64,000 nt of DNA from Antedon mediterranea. Its lineage: Eukaryota > Animalia > Echinodermata. The stretch is taken from the NCBI RefSeq assembly GCF_964355755.1, contig NC_092672.1, positions 34,912,437 to 34,976,436 on the forward strand. The letters run 5' to 3'. The position numbers and the translations under genes were made by a program. Of this stretch, positions 62,401 to 64,000 are shown in pieces. The notes beneath the pieces were generated by a model. That model searched no databases. It was given only the letters and a program-made list of their open reading frames with translations, and had not been told where the DNA came from. How positions within the stretch are numbered: the first letter of the stretch is position 1; every line of letters starts with the position of its first letter.

Positions 62401-64000
62401 AAAAACGAACTTTTCCAAATTTTGTGAAATACATTTCCATTTCAACCTCCTCTTTTAAATTACAGTCTAAAGTTAAATTTTCAGTGTTGTAACACAGAGG
62501 ATGGGGTCCCTGGATTTAATCAGTGAGCGCTCATAGCCGTTACTAGACTGTTCATTTTTTTTAGAGCGAACCAGTCATGTGAATTCTTTTCTAATGTTCT
62601 TTGTTTTTGTTACTTCTTCTACCAAATAAATGAAATAAAATTGGTACGGTAAGTCCTATCTCATTCTCAGGTTTTTAAAATATAAAATTTAGGTCAAAGT
62701 TCATTTTTAAAGTGTGAACCCATATATGGATATTTGAACTACTGCATTTTCTATGTTCTTTTTTGCTATATCTTTACTTTTCTAAATGAAATTAAATTGG
62801 TAAAGTCCTGTATTAGTTTTTATAATATTTGGGACCACTGAAAACTAATTATTTTGGTGAAACATATCGAAATGTTTTATTATGATAGCTTTTATATTTT
62901 TATATCGTAATGTATATTGATTTGTTAAACTTCAATTTGTTAAACCAAGTTGCAATAAAGAATATGATTGAAATTTAAATTCACTTTGAAGCAGGAGGAG
63001 CAATAAATCAAGGGTAAACACCACAAGTTGATTGAAACACACAGACTAGAGTCATTAGGCACTTGTACAGAACCTTCTGGGATTTGCACTCATGCATTTC
63101 TAGTAGAGGAAATAGCCGGGTTAAAAACCACTTGAAATTGACCACAAAAACAGCCACAATTCTTCACAAAGAAATCATTCGTAAATGTGCACTAACTTTT
63201 TATTTTGAGAAAGTTGAATGAAGTGCAAGAAAAGGTAGGTTACATTGATAATTTGTTTTTAAAAATTTTAATTTATCTTTTGGATTCTGCCTATCCCACA
63301 ACTCATATTGCACATCCAAGCAGCATACACTACAAAATATTATGATTGCATTTGAAAAATATTTATAATAAAGACACTGAAAACAAAGCTTCTGTTTTGC
63401 AATCTGATTTTCAGCTGAATGATAAAAAGTAATAATTACTAAACTATAGAGGTCTCACTTCAAGAAATAGTCTTTATCACATCTTGTTCCTTGTTTACCA
63501 TTGACTAGCAACAGAATCACAATAATTTTATCATATAAAGACATTTTTTCCCAATTTTAGATTATCCTGCCAATTAATAAACCAAGATTAAACTCATACT
63601 TTGTATTTTGAATAAATATGTAATGAAACCATCAATTTATTGTTATAATTGTGAAACGTAATATTTTAAAATGATCATTATATTATTATTATAATTACCT
63701 GTACCATGGAGGTTTTCACCATGCCTGTACATTATTAAGCATACTTGTGCTTACTACAATAGGGTATACACTGCACATGCTTACAGTTACGTTTTTAAAT
63801 AAAACACAATGGAGGGAATCTTGCATTCAATACATCAGTCACACAAAATCTATTATTCACAGAATAAATTACATTAATTAACATGATTTTGAATTGGCAA
63901 AAATCATTGAGATTTTGCAATGATATAACCAAGAATAAACCTATTGATTCCTTCTGTCTAAATTTACGCATTGTTTGGTTTAATACTCATCAGGCAACAA

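Overview
AT-rich eukaryotic (metazoan) genomic DNA with spliceosomal GT-AG introns; a marine invertebrate such as an echinoderm is plausible but only inferred. Bases 1-28.4 kb are a tandem birth-and-death array of intronless rhodopsin-class GPCR genes: 4 intact, 4 near full-length pseudogenes and 4 fragments. The array carries a 5'-truncated Rex1/Babar-type LINE, a 5'-truncated L1/Tx1 with a 15-bp TSD, and a 7.2-kb non-coding foldback element with ~3.5-kb arms and a TSD. Next come an intronless uronyl 2-sulfotransferase-like gene (+) and a convergent TTC28 (TPR-CHAT) gene on the minus strand, with 14 exons reconstructed and the 5' exon(s) not identified. Its introns hold MITEs and minisatellites. 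Main findings: (1) the giant palindromic mobile element; (2) a fossil or read-through C-terminal tail behind the GPCR stop codons, supported by a motif differing only at synonymous sites; (3) mosaic receptors with hypervariable extracellular segments; (4) a 3' stem-loop with stem-preserving changes shared by the L1/Tx1 and a tandem non-coding insert. All comparisons were made by eye; no alignments or database searches were run.
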